The notes beneath the pieces are model-generated. The model was given only the letters and a program-made list of their open reading frames with translations. It ran no database searches and was not told the DNA's origin. A stretch of 64,000 nt of DNA, taken from Daphnia carinata. Taxonomy: Eukaryota. This document shows, one piece after another, positions 53,708 to 64,000 of the stretch. Numbering within the stretch: position 1 is the first letter of the stretch; each line of letters begins with the position of its first letter. The stretch is from positions 5,642,001 to 5,706,000 of the forward strand of contig NC_081332.1 of NCBI RefSeq assembly GCF_022539665.2, written 5' to 3'. Made by a program: the position numbers and the translations under genes.

Positions 53708-54981
53708 TCAACTGTTCACTCGAAACATTTTCACTACCCTTGCAATAGTTCGCCGACATAAAGGACATTTCTTCCTTTCACGCCATAGACGTTTTGAACA
53801 CGAATAACAGTAAAGCTGATGACCAGTATTACCATGCATAAATGCTCCATCGACAGGACGAAGCCCACACAGCCCACACAATTCGGAGCAGCCGCAAGGT
53901 TGCTTAATATTACCACTGCAGCCGGTCACGTGTTGGTGTTCTTCATACGAGGAGCTTTGGGACAAAACACCGCTATCTACACTGGTTTGGGATGAAATAA
54001 TGGACCCTTCTCGTCCCTGAGTCGAGGAAGAAACAGAGGAGATTGACGATCCAGCATGATTTTCACTGCTACTATTCTCACAGCGAGGTCTTTTTGCCCT
54101 TCTTCGCTTCGGCCTAGGATCTAACCAACCTTTCCTGATCTATAACAATATCAATGGTAATGAAATAAGTTGGTTTAACATGAAACATGGGATTTACTAA
54201 CCTCATAACACTTGTGGCAGTATCGCATGGGAGGGATATTATGAACGCCGCAACGAAGACATTTCCATTTATCTTCGAGGCTGCGAGTTGGAATGGGGCT
54301 GTTACGAATAATTCCATCATCAGAGCTTTCAATATCAGTCAAACTTTCATCTTCTAACTCCACAGCAATTATGGGAATACGAGCAGCCTAGAAAATGCAA
54401 AAGTTGTGTTGTAGTATAGAAATTTTAGTTGCAAATGGGAGAACTCACTTCAATATCAGAAGAACCATCAGATTCTTCATCATCTAGGTCAGCGGTAGAA
54501 TCAGATGCAATCTCATATTCCACTTCATAAATGACATCAGTAGCATCACCATCAGACTCACTGGATGAAGATGGGGACCAATCATCCCCAGAGTCTTGGA
54601 CCCAAGCTGATGATAGAAGCTGAATACTGAATTGCTGTCCACCAAGCTACTATATGAAGAGTAGTTACCTGTTTCATATCCCTGCCATGTATGACAGGAT
54701 TCGTCACTAGCACAGCTGCTGCTGTCAAAGAAGTCACTTTCATCTAACCGTGGTCGTTTGAAAGTTCGATCACAGACAGACACTGCACAGATTGGCAACA
54801 TGTTTTGTAGAAAAAAAAATCAATGAATGGAAAAGTACATTAATCGATTTTTCTTTGCTTAGAAGCACAGTCCTCAATAGTTTAAGGCAATAAAGTGAAA
54901 GAAATAAGTATGGCAGAACGAATACATACACCATGACAGAAGAAATGAACCAAATAAAATATACACCTTACCTCCAGCCAT
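53708..54981 (-). CDS. mdm2: Mdm2/Mdm4-family E3 ligase-like protein (acidic + RanBP2 ZnF + C2H2C4 RING; no SWIB domain)
   Basis: Exon 1 ATG GCT GGA G|GTAAG (54981); acidic region with QGYET; WKCLRCGVHNIPPMRYCHKC zinc finger; terminal RING CGLCGLRPVDGAFMHGNTGHQLYCYSCSKRLWRERKKCPLCRRTIARVVKMF with the Mdm-type H-x4-H spacing. Confidence 0.85.
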
Positions 54982-55814
54982 TGCGAAAATATCTGTTAGA
55001 TTCTGAAATTCAAACACAAAGCGTCTTTTTTAGCAGTCGATAAAAATTTGTTTGGGACGTGGATGCAGACTCTGTCCAAGCAATTCTAGACAAGTCCAGA
55101 CAAGCCCAAACATACCCTCACCCTCTTCAGCGGGGAAATCTTAGTTTACCCACACGAGGTACACTGAGGCGACGCCACTTTCGGATGCGGGTCTACATTT
55201 TCTGCGGTTCTCAGTCAGTCACGGATACAATGGGATTAAATTAGAATTTCCTGCGTATACTTTATGAAACTCAATGGCGAATCGCCACGACCACATGTAT
55301 TGTACGGTAAATATGTAGGACAAGTTAGAACTATAAATCTTGATACTGAAAATGCAGATGGCCAAGATAAGTTAAAAGCTGTTCGCTGTCACACGAAAAC
55401 AGTCAGTTGTCAGTGACAATTCCATGGACGTTACGTAATGGACGAATGAATCGTTATTGTTCTGGCAATAGTTTCCCTCCTCGTTACCACGCTGTTACAT
55501 CAACAGCAGTAATGGATTTCCACCATTTTACCCCGTGAATTTCTCTTGAAACAGGTGCGTAAATATTTTTCCGATTGAATTCGAACTTAGATTTTACCTA
55601 AAGATGTTTCAATTAAGAATGTTCGACAAAATAGTAGCTTCGTGGAGCTTTTGTCATCCCATTGCTGAATGGTAAAATGTATAAAGCGCCAAAATGCACG
55701 ATTATTGACCTATGCATTCTAAAGTCTGAATTTGTATACTGACTGCCTGAAACAACATACTACTTTAATCAAAGAATTCAGAAAGCTGAGAACTTGAAAA
55801 CCGATTCACAGAAA

Positions 55815-57077
55815 ATGTTTGCAATGAAGCGACCTAGCAGCCTTGACGTCCAGGAAGAGCATCGTAACATTACTGACCTATGTAGAAGAATAACCAATCT
55901 CCAAGAACAAGTTTTGTCAGGGGGTCCGATTTCTGATCGCTCAAAAGGCCTATTAAACGGGGTGCTGGAACAGGCTAAGCAAGAGCTTACTTCCATGATT
56001 CTTCACATTCTTTTTCTACGAAGAGAGGCCGATGAATTGGCCAAGGGTTTACGTGCCGCCCACCCAAAGCTGGAAGCTTTCAGTTTGGAGTGTGAAACTC
56101 TAAAGAAGCAAATTACCGTACTTGACCAAATTAACACCTCTTTGATTGCTTCCCAATCCCAACTGAAAAACGACTTAATGTCTGCCTCTGGATCCAAGAA
56201 CCAGCAATTCGCAGAAATAGGAGAAAAACTGGCAAAGAGCAGCACAAGTAAACTGACGTCAAAAGTAGTAGGATACGAACGGGAGCTAAGATCGGGGTTG
56301 GCAAGTGAATCGGCAGAACGAAACTCTAAAGAGGAGAAAATTCTTTCATCGTCGCCGGAAACCAAGTTGGATGCAAATGGTGGATTCTTTTCTCACTTCG
56401 AACATAAATTTGGAAAGGAAAAGAGGCCAAATTCAAGTAAATTTCTTTCTCGAACCGTCCACGAAACCAACATTTTTAAGGACCCTAACGTGCTGGATCT
56501 CAGATCGTCTCACAAGTCATATTTACCCAATCATGATCCTTTTACAGAAACCCTGCACACGAGTGCGTTGACGTCAGAATCTGCGGAAATGGCGACTAAA
56601 CAGACACGTGATTCTAAGCCGATTCCGGCGTGCGATTTCATCATCGTTTCAAAGGCAGAGCAAATGGATTTAATCAATAAGCTGGTGATAACGAATATTC
56701 CCGTTTGCGACTACGGCCGCGTAGTTGGTCGTGAAGGAAAAAACGTGGATCGCCTCGAAAACACTTACGGCGTTAAAATTAGCTTTGTCAACTCCCGAAA
56801 AGATCCCAAGCTGTTCATATTTGGAGGGAATGCAGAAAATCGCCGTGCAGCCGCTGATGACATCATTGGAAATTTGCCAATAGTTGTTGAATGTCCAAAT
56901 TTAAAGTTAAAAATCTGCAAACACGAGCTCAAGCAGATCAACCATGACTACCACGTACAGGTAATTCAACCAAACTTTGTTAATAACGATCACTTCACGA
57001 TTCGCGGAAGATTGGATAACTGTCAGATGGCTTATCGAGTACTTTCAAATTACGCAAAACTTTGGTATCCTAAATAA
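55815..57077 (+). CDS. Intronless coiled-coil + KH-domain putative RNA-binding protein
   Basis: Uninterrupted ~420-aa ORF (first ATG 55815); N-terminal heptad region; KH signature IPVCDYGRVVGREGKNVDRLENTYGVKISF, followed by a degenerate second KH-like unit. Confidence 0.7.
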   Translation: MFAMKRPSSLDVQEEHRNITDLCRRITNLQEQVLSGGPISDRSKGLLNGVLEQAKQELTSMILHILFLRREADELAKGLRAAHPKLEAFSLECETLKKQITVLDQINTSLIASQSQLKNDLMSASGSKNQQFAEIGEKLAKSSTSKLTSKVVGYERELRSGLASESAERNSKEEKILSSSPETKLDANGGFFSHFEHKFGKEKRPNSSKFLSRTVHETNIFKDPNVLDLRSSHKSYLPNHDPFTETLHTSALTSESAEMATKQTRDSKPIPACDFIIVSKAEQMDLINKLVITNIPVCDYGRVVGREGKNVDRLENTYGVKISFVNSRKDPKLFIFGGNAENRRAAADDIIGNLPIVVECPNLKLKICKHELKQINHDYHVQVIQPNFVNNDHFTIRGRLDNCQMAYRVLSNYAKLWYPK

Positions 57078-59152
57078 TCCTCATTCTTTTTCGTCTTTTT
57101 GTGGTTTCCGTACCCACCAGTATCATACATTTCGTTTTTTGTCAATGGCACCTTGTTGTAAGTCTGCAAGAGCTACCGAGACACTTCCAGCACTGTCATC
57201 GTCTTTGATAGGTGGAAAAAGTTATCGAAATTTCAGAGTTGAAATCGATGCCTGGTTTTTTTACTTTTTGGGACTGTCTTGATTAGCTCTGCGATGCGTA
57301 ACAATGGTAAAGCCAATTTAATTTCAATACATTGATTTTTAAGCATAAGCTAGTGATGTAGCGTATTTTATTTACACTTTCTTATTCCTTTATTCTACCC
57401 AGGATGTAACATGGATCGTCGGGAAAGAACCACCATGCTTAGAATGGTGCATCGTTGTCTGCACATCGGAGTTTCTCTGATGGAAGACATGAAAAAAAAT
57501 CCCTGAGAAGCCAGTTTCCAATGTTAGTATTCACCACTAGTTAATATCACATAGAACATATTTGATCATATTTCCTGACAGACCGATGGAGAGGTGCTTA
57601 AGATCGATACAGTGGACCTGAGATTCTAACTGGTTGTGATTGTGAAAAATGGAACTACCGCAGTTTAAAAGAGAGAGGAGCAACCGTCTTTCTACAGAAA
57701 GACGCTGCACGAGCCTTTATAATCGTGCCTCATCTTTATGACCAAATGGTGAAGATTAGACTTAAATCAATGAGTATCCAATCAGCAAGCGAACGTCTTA
57801 CTGACTTGCCCACCAATAAGTATAGTACATCAGTTACAAGTTAATTACTTACGTTATTCGGTTTTCTGTAGTTTTAAGTTGCTACTGTTTCGCTGCCTAC
57901 AGTTGTGAGATATATGGATTGAATCCATCTCCGACGGTCTTTTATAGTTTGCATCTGTGTTAGAGATGACCAAGAGTCATGGGGGCAGACCTGCCGCTAG
58001 AAACCTTTCCTCGATCAAAGGAAGTTAAATTCAAAGGAGGCAAGTTAAAATCAAGGAAGGCAACGGAAAAATTGGCTGACAAGGAAAAAATTCTGTATAT
58101 CTTTCTTTTCAGGAAAGTGTTGTTTTTTTGCTTGATAAATTCTTGCACATTTTTCAGGTCTTCTGCTCGGAGTCGTTGTGTATTTTTACTGTTAAACGGC
58201 ACTGTAACTATCCCTTACCTTTCCATTTCGCAGTAACGGAAGGCTCCCTTACGGTAAGTGTGCACAGAAATGTGAAAACAGTTAACGTCTTTTCCGTCAG
58301 AAAGTACGATTTCATTGAGCATTCGAGAATCTGCCATCCTCCTGTAATACCCTTGCAGTGGAAACCTGCCGTGAAACAGATTCTGAGCACCTGATATTTT
58401 ACGTGAGTTGTAGTTTATATGAAAATATAATAACCTTCGTCTACCATGGCACTGATATGTCGTGAATCTTTCTATTGCAGATGCTTCTGCACACGAGTAT
58501 CCGTTCCCACTAACTTTTGACACGTTGGTGGGAGATACCAAATAAAGGTGAGGTGTTCATCATTTTGCATGTGATTAGGATACTTCTACTTCAGCAGATA
58601 TTTTCAGCATAAACCAGTATTCTTCAACGCATCACTACCTGAAATTTGAAGCTGATAGATAATAGTAGTATATTTATATGTTTATATATATGTTTTTTTT
58701 AATCTTTCGACGAGCGTGGAGAGCGTGAAAAATGCAGGTTAACGAAAGCCAGCATGTAACAACTAGAATTTACCTTTTTTAGGAACGGTGTATTACAAGA
58801 AGAAATAAAAAGGATTTGTGGGTAAAAATTTGTCGGAAATGTGAATTGCCTCACGTCAACTCCAGTCACTGCGTCGGGTGACTTGTGTTAGCCCCATGGA
58901 TCTCTTTGTCACGAGCTGAAAGGCAGGCCTAAAAGGTAAAGGTTTGGAATTTGCTTAGTGTTGCTGCTTTCAGAGTTCCTTTTGCAGTACAACGCTTGCT
59001 GACTAAACTAAAAAAAAACACGAGTCAGCGAAAATTCCTAACATGAATATCCTTCCTTCAAGTAGAACTCTAATGTTGCAAATTCAATCATAATAAATTA
59101 ATAATTATCAAAAATATAAAATATACCGAATAGAAGAACTTACTAGCGCGCT

Positions 59153-59856
59153 AGTACGCTACAGCGCTAGCATAACACATCAAATTTCTTTGATTATTCA
59201 AAAACTATCAACTCTACGTAAAAAAAAATTTCATTATCGTGTTCCTTGTTAAATTTTGAATCAGAATCATATATAATTATCTCAATTTAATGATATTATT
59301 TTTTAATAGGACAACATTTTAAGCCCGACAAAATAAGCCTGAGAAAATAAGCCCGACTTTTAGTTTTTAACGGTTAATTCAAAATCTATAAGCCTAATAT
59401 AAAAATATACCCGATTTTCGTGATCAACGTTCAATTTCGAATCAAAATGTATTTTTAACCAAATCTAGAATTTGACGAAAATTGAAAAAGTGAGAAGGCT
59501 ATAGCCTTTTTTTTTTTTTTTGGCTAAATTTCAAATTTAACTTAAAATACATTATTTCTATGCAGACTGAAATGTTAATAACGAATATAAAGTTTATTTT
59601 TGAATTGGCCTTATAGTTTTTGAGTTAAACAAAAAAAAACAGAAGGCCGGGCTTATTTTGTCGGGCTTAAAATTTTGTCCTATTAAAAAATAATATCATT
59701 AATATATGGCAATCCGTTTTAACCAAAAAATAACAAAAAATATCGGCCTTTTTTCTGTTTCACTGCTCTCGCCGCCTCCCGGTCAGGTTTCTAGGTGATT
59801 CTCTACATACACTCACCGAATTTTTCTGCTGCATCGTGCTAGCGCTGTAGCGTACT
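59153..59856. mobile_element. Nested inverted-repeat (MITE-like) element
   Basis: Perfect 20-bp IR AGTACGCTACAGCGCTAGCA (59153-59172 / 59837-59856) enclosing a ~53-bp IR with one mismatch (59287-59339 / 59650-59702) containing AAGCCCGAC. Confidence 0.75.
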
Positions 59857-60321
59857 TTGCGGTTGCCAAACGTCGTCAGGCTATTTCGTCACACTGTGGT
59901 TTCACCCCATCTGTCATTTGTACCAATTTTAGATATTGTCCATAACAAGTCTTCATGTTTACATTCTTGCCAATGGTGCTGATACTTTTATTTATCACAA
60001 CCGCTTGTTTCAGCTGTTCCAAGCATTGAAGCATTACTTATGCAAGTACTTAGAGAGGGCTGCCCATTACAAAAGAAGAGCTCATCACAGTATGTTATGA
60101 AATATATAGATTTTTAAAGAAAGAAAACTTTTAACCTCTCCTGTTCCTCATAGATGCTGTGATGGCATGTTTGCAAAACTGGAAAAAATTCTGTGCTACG
60201 GTGGCCGTATATGGCAATCCGTTTTACCCCCCCCCCCCCCCCCCAAAAAAAAAAAAAAATATCGGCCTTTTTTTCTGTTTCACTGCTATCGCCATCTACC
60301 GGTCGATAGATGGCGAAAGCA
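59703..60321 (+). repeat. ~80-95 bp direct repeat pair ending in a GC hairpin
   Basis: TATATGGCAATCCGTTTTA...AATATCGGCCTTTTTT(T)CTGTTTCACTGCT at 59703-59784 and 60208-60304. The second copy has a C18A15 run and the hairpin TGCTATCGCCATCTA-CCGGTCGA-TAGATGGCGAAAGCA. Confidence 0.7.
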
Positions 60322-60349
60322 ACCGAAACAAATGCCAGCCGAAAGCAAA

Positions 60350-62250
60350 TTAATGCCAAAGGTGAGACATGCTGGAAAGGCTTGATACAAATGTGTAGGC
60401 GTAGTTTTGGAATTCAGAGGTGCTAGCTGGCTGTTTGGTAAAACTTCAGTTAAATTTGGTTTCAATTCAATATGTTTTATTTATTATTTGTGTGATTACG
60501 CAAAGGATTGGGCCATCCAGGCAATGTGGATATTCTGCCATGTACATGATAAACCTCGGATTCTTCGTCAACATGCTAGATGTTACCCCCTGGTAAGGTT
60601 TTTGCGCTGAGTTTGTTTAGTTTTCTAATTTTAATCGTCAATGTCGTATTAGCAAACTACTGTTGACAGAAAAGCTGATACATTGGGACAATGGTTACAG
60701 CAAGTGTGATGAATAAATCACCATAGATCAGTTGCCTTGCCTTCCCAATTGCAACAAAGACGAATCATGGAGTCAAAAATATCAAAAGGTGGTACTATTT
60801 TAATTGTTTTAATTGATATATTGCTAAGTGCTGATATTTGTGTAGAATGTGCTGGAATTCATGTCATCCTGGAGAGGACTAAAAAAAAGAGATGTATCCA
60901 TGAAGCAGTTCATTAGTCATGTCCCAAATGAATGCCTGTGTCAACCAGCAATCTTTTAATGGCTAACAGGGATTTAATGGTTTTGAAAATCGCAGGCGAC
61001 ATTCCTAAATCCCACCTGTAAAAAGATTTGACTACAACAATTTTTATTCTGATCTGATGCCTGCCAAATTCTTTTCCCATAAAATGAGGTGATATGAGGT
61101 TAAACAGTTTTCCAAACAGTGAAGGTTTTTCGAAACTCTTCCCTAACTGAACATGAGGATGAATTGGCATTAGGCGAACACAGTCAGGTACCTAAACTTT
61201 TCAAATAAGAATTCAAAATAAGTATAGAATTTTAACAAACAATTTTTTATTGTTAAGTTATTCAGTCTACCACCTGACAGTGTGTTAAAGTTAAATTCTG
61301 TTAGTGCTGCACTAAAAGAATTGTTAGTAATAAGTCCATGCAGTGAAGGAAGTGAACAATTGTGGGACTGTATTTGGGCTGAAAATGGGTGTGGTACAGA
61401 AACCCAGCAATAGCACGAGTTCAACATAAAACATGAATTAGGTACTTTTCGGTTTTTTGTCTATCGAAAAAGTATTTTTAATGCTATTATTTTGCATTCA
61501 CAGAATTTTAGTGGGGGATCAAGTCAAGTCTGGAAGTGTTACAGGATGGAAGAGTGAGCCTACAGTTGAAAAACACTGAAAATGCATCACCATTAAGGTA
61601 TGAGGTAAAGTAATAGAGTATGCAAATTGTCTAATGAGAAGTACCATCTTGTGTGAATGAATCCTTTGTAACAGCAATCCTTTATAGTTCTGTCACAGCT
61701 AGAAGCCTCAAATAATTCTGCTTCTCTTGCTAAAGAACAACTTGTCCTTTACATTCAGAGTGTTGGTGAAGCTGGGTACTTAAATGGCCCTAAAGATGTT
61801 TCATTTCGTTGGCATTGCAGCGATGAACATCATACATGGACTTTTTAGGTATGAAAGGAATTTTCTTGAAAATTTTTTGAATTTATTAATAATCATTTCT
61901 CCTGCTTTTTGCCGACCATGTCTAATATAAAAAAAAAATTTATCCAATAGGAAAGGATTTTCATGTACTGGGAACACAACTATCAACAATGCAACATTCT
62001 ACAGGTGCTAGTTTATCATTCAAGAGCCTTATACAATGAAGTTAATCTGCAATTTGTATGTCCTTTCCCAAGCTTCCACCAGAAGTTGAATCTATGAGTC
62101 ATGTAAGTTCCATGATCAACAATTGATGTGTTTAACGGTGTTGTTTTTCTTTTCTCAATATAGGTTAATAGTAACATTGGATCTGAAAAGATTCTTGGTT
62201 GGGGCAAGACACTGAATAAATTGTATTGATTGGATGGATGACATGACATT
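60350..62250. pseudogene. Fragmented coding-like relics, probably decayed transposon genes
   Basis: Short stop-interrupted ORFs on both strands among inverted repeats. One fragment (FNTLSGGRLNNLTIKNCL, ~61240-61295 minus) weakly recalls Ulp1-like protease N-termini carried by DNA transposons. Confidence 0.25.
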
Positions 62251-62979
62251 TCTATACTTAATTCGGATTCCCCAGACGGTATTTGATATTAAAAAAATTG
62301 AAGTGCATATCTGGGCTCCCTTCTTTTCTGAAGCCCCGTTTCCCTTTGACTCATAATAAGCCCGTAGGGGGTCATGCCCCTACTGTACGGTATATATAAA
62401 AATAACATATACCGAGGTTTGGAGGGCTCTGGCCGGAAAGGGGACGTGGGGTGCCGCTTAGTCCGATGATGTGTTCACGGAGGGCGACGTGGCTACCCAC
62501 AAATCCGAACTAAAGGTTAATCGCTCCAGTAAAAATGTTCCAAATCTTCGGCTCTTCTTCCGGCTTCTCTTAGCCAATCACCGGGTAATCTCCCCGGTGG
62601 GTCAACAAGGCAGTGTCTCCCCCTGCCTGGGTTGACGGCAACTTTTGAAAGGGCTATTGTGCCTTTTTAAAGTTGCAAAAATAATTCAAATGTGCAGAGT
62701 ATTGTCAATATAATTTTTTTTATAAAATATTTTTCCAAAATTTGTTTCTTTCATTGTTTGTTATCGCTGTGTTCACACATTACGTTTATCAACTTTTTCA
62801 TTTATTTACCTTGCTCAATTCATTGTTTTTGCCACCGTGAGGTGTGCATTGTTTCCATAGGTTTATCATTTATCTATAAGTCTTATTATTATTTATTACA
62901 TTCTATGAACTTACATTCAAGGAACAACTTGTAATCCCTGGATATTTTCTGAAGCAATTTTGTATTTGTATTTTATCTT

Positions 62980-63048
62980 ACTCGTGTGGGAACCGATCCC
63001 CAGACATTCAGCGTGCAACGCCGATCCTCTAACATTGAGCCACGAGAT
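62980..63048 (-). pseudogene. Degenerate tRNA-like sequence (TGC, Ala-like)
   Basis: Reverse complement TCTCG-TGGCTCAATGTTAGAGGA-TCGGCG TTGCA CGCTGA-ATGT-CTGGGGATCGGTTCCCA-CACGAG: A-box, anticodon stem, decayed T-arm, CTCGTG/CACGAG closing stem. Confidence 0.55.
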
Positions 63049-63145
63049 ATATCTAACCTTTTTATTATCGCATATCATATGTTATCGTCTAGGATGTTTA
63101 TGCAGTCTTTCACAATTATATGTTTATCTGTCCATGAATTTTATA

Positions 63146-63215
63146 AGGTCCATAGCTCTGCGGTAGAGCCTTTAGCTGTGATATATGATACCTAGGGTTC
63201 AAACCACAGTAGATG
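63146..63215 (+). pseudogene. Degenerate tRNA-like sequence
   Basis: A-box/D-arm TAGCTCTGCGGTAGAGC and B-box GGGTTCAAACC at tRNA-like spacing. Confidence 0.45.
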
Positions 63216-63332
63216 TAAAAAAAAGAAGCGGAATAAATGTATAAGAGAATATTGCAACATTGCATTTCAGTTTTATTATAAGTGTAAATGCAAGTCCGCA
63301 AGTGACTAGAAAAAAGCCAACTTAAGATCATA

Positions 63333-63402
63333 TGATTCATGGCTCATTGGTATAGCATCGGCGAGGTATGCCGAACATCCAGGGTTCAATCCCTGTATAA
63401 TA
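63333..63402 (+). pseudogene. Degenerate tRNA-like sequence
   Basis: TGGCTCATTGGTATAGCA (A-box), TCGGC-GAGGTAT-GCCGA stem-loop, CAGGG-TTCAAT-CCCTG T-arm/B-box; acceptor stem decayed. Confidence 0.55.
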
Positions 63403-64000
63403 ATTGAATGCTTATAGATAAACGATAAACCAATGAAAACAATGCTTACCATCAAAGGTGGCATAGACAATAATGGTGAATTAAGCAAACTAAATAAAAA
63501 AATTAATAAATGTAATGAATGAACACAGCGAACACAGACAATGAAAGAAAAAATTTTGCAAAAAATATTTTCTAAAAAAATTTTATTGACAATTCTCCGC
63601 ACATTAAAATTATTTTTGCAACTTTAAAAAGGCACAATAGCCCTTTCAAAAGTTGCCGTCAACCCAGGCAGGGGGAGACACTGCCTTGTTGACCCACCGG
63701 GGAGATTACCCGGTGATTGGCTAAGAGAAGCCGGAAGAAGAGCCGAAGATTTGGAACATTTTTACTGGAGCGATTAACCTTTAGTTCGGATTTGTGGGTA
63801 GCCACGTCGCCCTCCGTGAACACATCATCGGACTAAGCGGCACCCCACGTCCCCTTTCCGGCCAGAGCCCTCCAAACCTCGGTATATGTTATTTTTATAT
63901 ATACCGTACAGTAGGGGCATGACCCCCTACGGGCTTATTATGAGTCAAGGGGAAACGGGGCTTCAGAAAAGAAGGGAGCCCAGATATGCACTTCAATTTT

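Larger units (their letters stand above)
62294..64000. mobile_element. Long inverted-repeat (foldback/long-TIR) element, probably running past the window end
   Basis: 62294-~62690 is the near-perfect reverse complement of ~63605-64000. Similarity continues inward with more mismatches (~62690-62890 vs ~63400-63600). No ORF. Confidence 0.85.

Noticed and set aside
59287..59702. Pokey/piggyBac assignment based on flanking TTAA
   Set aside because: TTAA is palindromic and may simply be part of the IR; the ends lack the CCC/GGG termini typical of piggyBac elements.
60227..60259. C18A15 homopolymer as a functional G-quadruplex
   Set aside because: Absent from the sister repeat copy at 59.7 kb; slippage or sequencing artefact is more likely.
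62980..63402. Functional tRNA genes
   Set aside because: Acceptor stems, T-loops and U33 are degenerate; treated as tRNA-derived relics.

Overview
Compact, AT-rich eukaryotic DNA with many ~60-80 nt GT-AG introns. Gene content and architecture suggest a branchiopod crustacean such as Daphnia (inference). 0-16 kb is a dense housekeeping block: NCBP3(+), GLOD4(-) head-to-head with MRM3/RNMTL1(+), strawberry notch(+), and an EHD/dynamin-like GTPase with C-terminal TM helices(+). 16-48.5 kb is a tandem array of five minus-strand SLC12A cation-chloride cotransporter genes. None keeps the NKCC K+-site Tyr: three carry the NCC-type His, two carry Asn plus a changed TM6. The array also shows a probable gene-conversion tract, paralogue-specific introns and a duplicated regulatory exon. 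50-57 kb holds a degenerate MITE, a FASTKD-like gene(+), an Mdm2/4-like gene lacking the p53-binding SWIB domain(-), and an intronless coiled-coil/KH gene(+). 57-64 kb is TE-rich: nested inverted repeats and a >=1.7 kb foldback palindrome with three degenerate tRNA-like heads at its centre. Two GC-richer, self-complementary non-coding segments (5.6-6.1 kb and an intron at 13.5-14.2 kb) are candidate structured RNAs. Exon boundaries were read by eye.
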